Shown here: positions 60,947 to 64,000 of the stretch, one piece after another | How positions within the stretch are numbered: the stretch's first letter is position 1 | Layout of the letters: each line of letters begins with the position of its first letter | Source of the DNA: the human T2T-CHM13v2.0 reference genome, Homo sapiens | Length of the DNA stretch: 64,000 nt | Reading direction: 5' to 3' (one strand) | NCBI RefSeq assembly: GCF_009914755.1 | Contig: NC_060948.1 | Made by a program: the position numbers and the translations under genes | Notes under the pieces: model-generated | Databases searched by the model: none | What the model was told of the DNA's origin: nothing | The model's input: only the letters and a program-made list of their open reading frames with translations

Positions 60947-61629
60947 GGAAGGGCTAGCAAGGGCTTGTGGTGTTTGAGAATATTTCATTTTGAAGAGGAG
61001 ACACTTCAGCACACAGGAGACAGCACAAGCATGTAAGACCAGGTCTCCCCCAGCAGCCCCTGACCTCAAACTTGGAAAGTGGTGTGAGCAGACAAAAAGA
61101 AGGCAACATGGTATTGGCCTCAGACAATTCCCAAAACAATTTAGGGCACAGGCTTGAATCTGCACCCTGAAAAGTGTCTATAGGAAAGTACGGATGGTGC
61201 ATGGAAGACAGAAAATTTGAAAATATAAAGAATCAGAGGACAAGAAAGAGAATTGTGAGCAAAAGTTTACAAAGAAAGATGGCAGATGAAAGTAAATGCA
61301 GGCATGGATTTCAGAGAGGGTTGGCTAGGTTGCCCGTGGAGTGACAGAGCCATTTGGAATAATATGGTAGCTTTCTCTATGCTTTTCTTTTTCCAAGAGA
61401 AAGTACAAACGTAAAGTACTAGTGTTTAGGGAGAGGAAATAAGTATATGAAAGAAAAAAAAATCAGAGGCAAAGACTTTAAGGAAAGAGAGTGATTCTAG
61501 AACAAACAGGGTCAAGCCTAATGTTTAGAGATAACCATTGCAAAGAACCATTGGAGTAAGCCATGGGTGGATCTCTCTCTCTCTCTTTAAACAACATTCA
61601 TTTAATTAATTAGCTCACTCCATTGAGAA

Positions 61630-62860
<1,231 letters not shown>

Positions 62861-62969
62861 CTGGCTGACATTTTCTATGCAGCTTAGAATGGGTGAAAAA
62901 TGGCCAGAAGAGAAACTCATTTCCCCAAGGAAAGGAAAGATGGGGGAGAGCTTAGACATTAAAAGTGGG

Positions 62970-63290
<321 letters not shown>

Positions 63291-63379
63291 TCAATCTATC
63301 CTCAGAGAAAGAGAGAGGGGGGCATGAGTCAGGTGACCAAGTTCCTCTGCATGGGAGAACCTTTCCTAAGGAGGAATTG

Positions 63380-63492
63380 TCTGTCTTAGTCTGTTCTGTG
63401 CTGCTACAACTGACTACCAGGGACTGGGTAATTTATAAGGAACAGAAATGTATTTGCTCATAGTTCTGGAGGCTGGGAAGTCCAAGAACAAG
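63380..63492 (-). mobile_element. MST-type LTR 3' fragment, antisense
   Basis: TGTCTTAGTCTGTT...CTGGGTAATTTATAA...GGGAAGTCCAAGA. Confidence 0.75.
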
Positions 63493-64000
63493 ACACACTT
63501 CCTGATGAGTGACAGGAAGGAGTGACCTGAGACCAAGGCTTGTCCTTCTGGTTGTCGGTGACAGCCAGCACCTGGTCCGTGTTGGGGCATCAACCATCAA
63601 GGAAAAGTTCTTGGTGCAGCTCCAACACGCCAGTTCTGATTTCCACGTTTCTTTTTACACAGCGGTGCAGAGGAATGAATTATTAGCGTGAGGTGTCTCA
63701 GAGAGAACATGTGGGAACGTTGTAAAAAGAAAACCCTCGTTCCTTTCTTTCTTGAGATATAAATGCAGTCAGATCCGAGGTGCTGGAAACCAGCATTCAT
63801 TTGCAGCCGAATTCTCAGCATCGACTAATGATATTCCGCAAATGGCTGGAGACTTCCAGGAACATGTGTTTCGAATTGCAGAACCATGAAAGAGTTTTGT
63901 TGGCACTCATAAATAATGAATTTTTTTTTTCCTAGACCCTACTGACCAGGCCCACATGTTGGGTCAGGGCGGTCAGCGTGCGGGTGCCCCCGGGTGCTGT

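Overview
Human pseudoautosomal region 1 (PAR1; Xp22.33/Yp11.3), identified from the translated sequence. The window holds the 3' end of SHOX on the + strand and about 48 kb of downstream DNA. Two coding segments are supported. Terminal exon 6a (1468-1713) gives the SHOXa C-terminus with the OAR motif. The Alu-derived alternative terminal exon 6b (15859-15903, [14 protein letters not shown]) gives the SHOXb C-terminus. The rest is a long 3'UTR plus very dense Alu, L1 and LTR sequence (LTR10-like, THE1, LTR7/HERV-H, MER4, MLT1, MLT2, MST), minisatellites and local duplications. I found no new protein-coding gene; almost all listed ORFs are repeat artefacts. The most notable observations are: (1) a second copy of the exon-6b AluY+AluS cassette 37 kb downstream, with an intact acceptor, next to an LTR7; (2) a non-consensus Alu variant shared across subfamilies throughout the window, suggesting regional gene conversion; (3) several minisatellites derived from pieces of Alu/MLT1, including an 82-bp x13 array in the SHOXa 3'UTR; (4) a template-switch-like rearrangement scar near 59.3-60.9 kb. 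Repeat boundaries and subfamily names were assigned by eye and are approximate.
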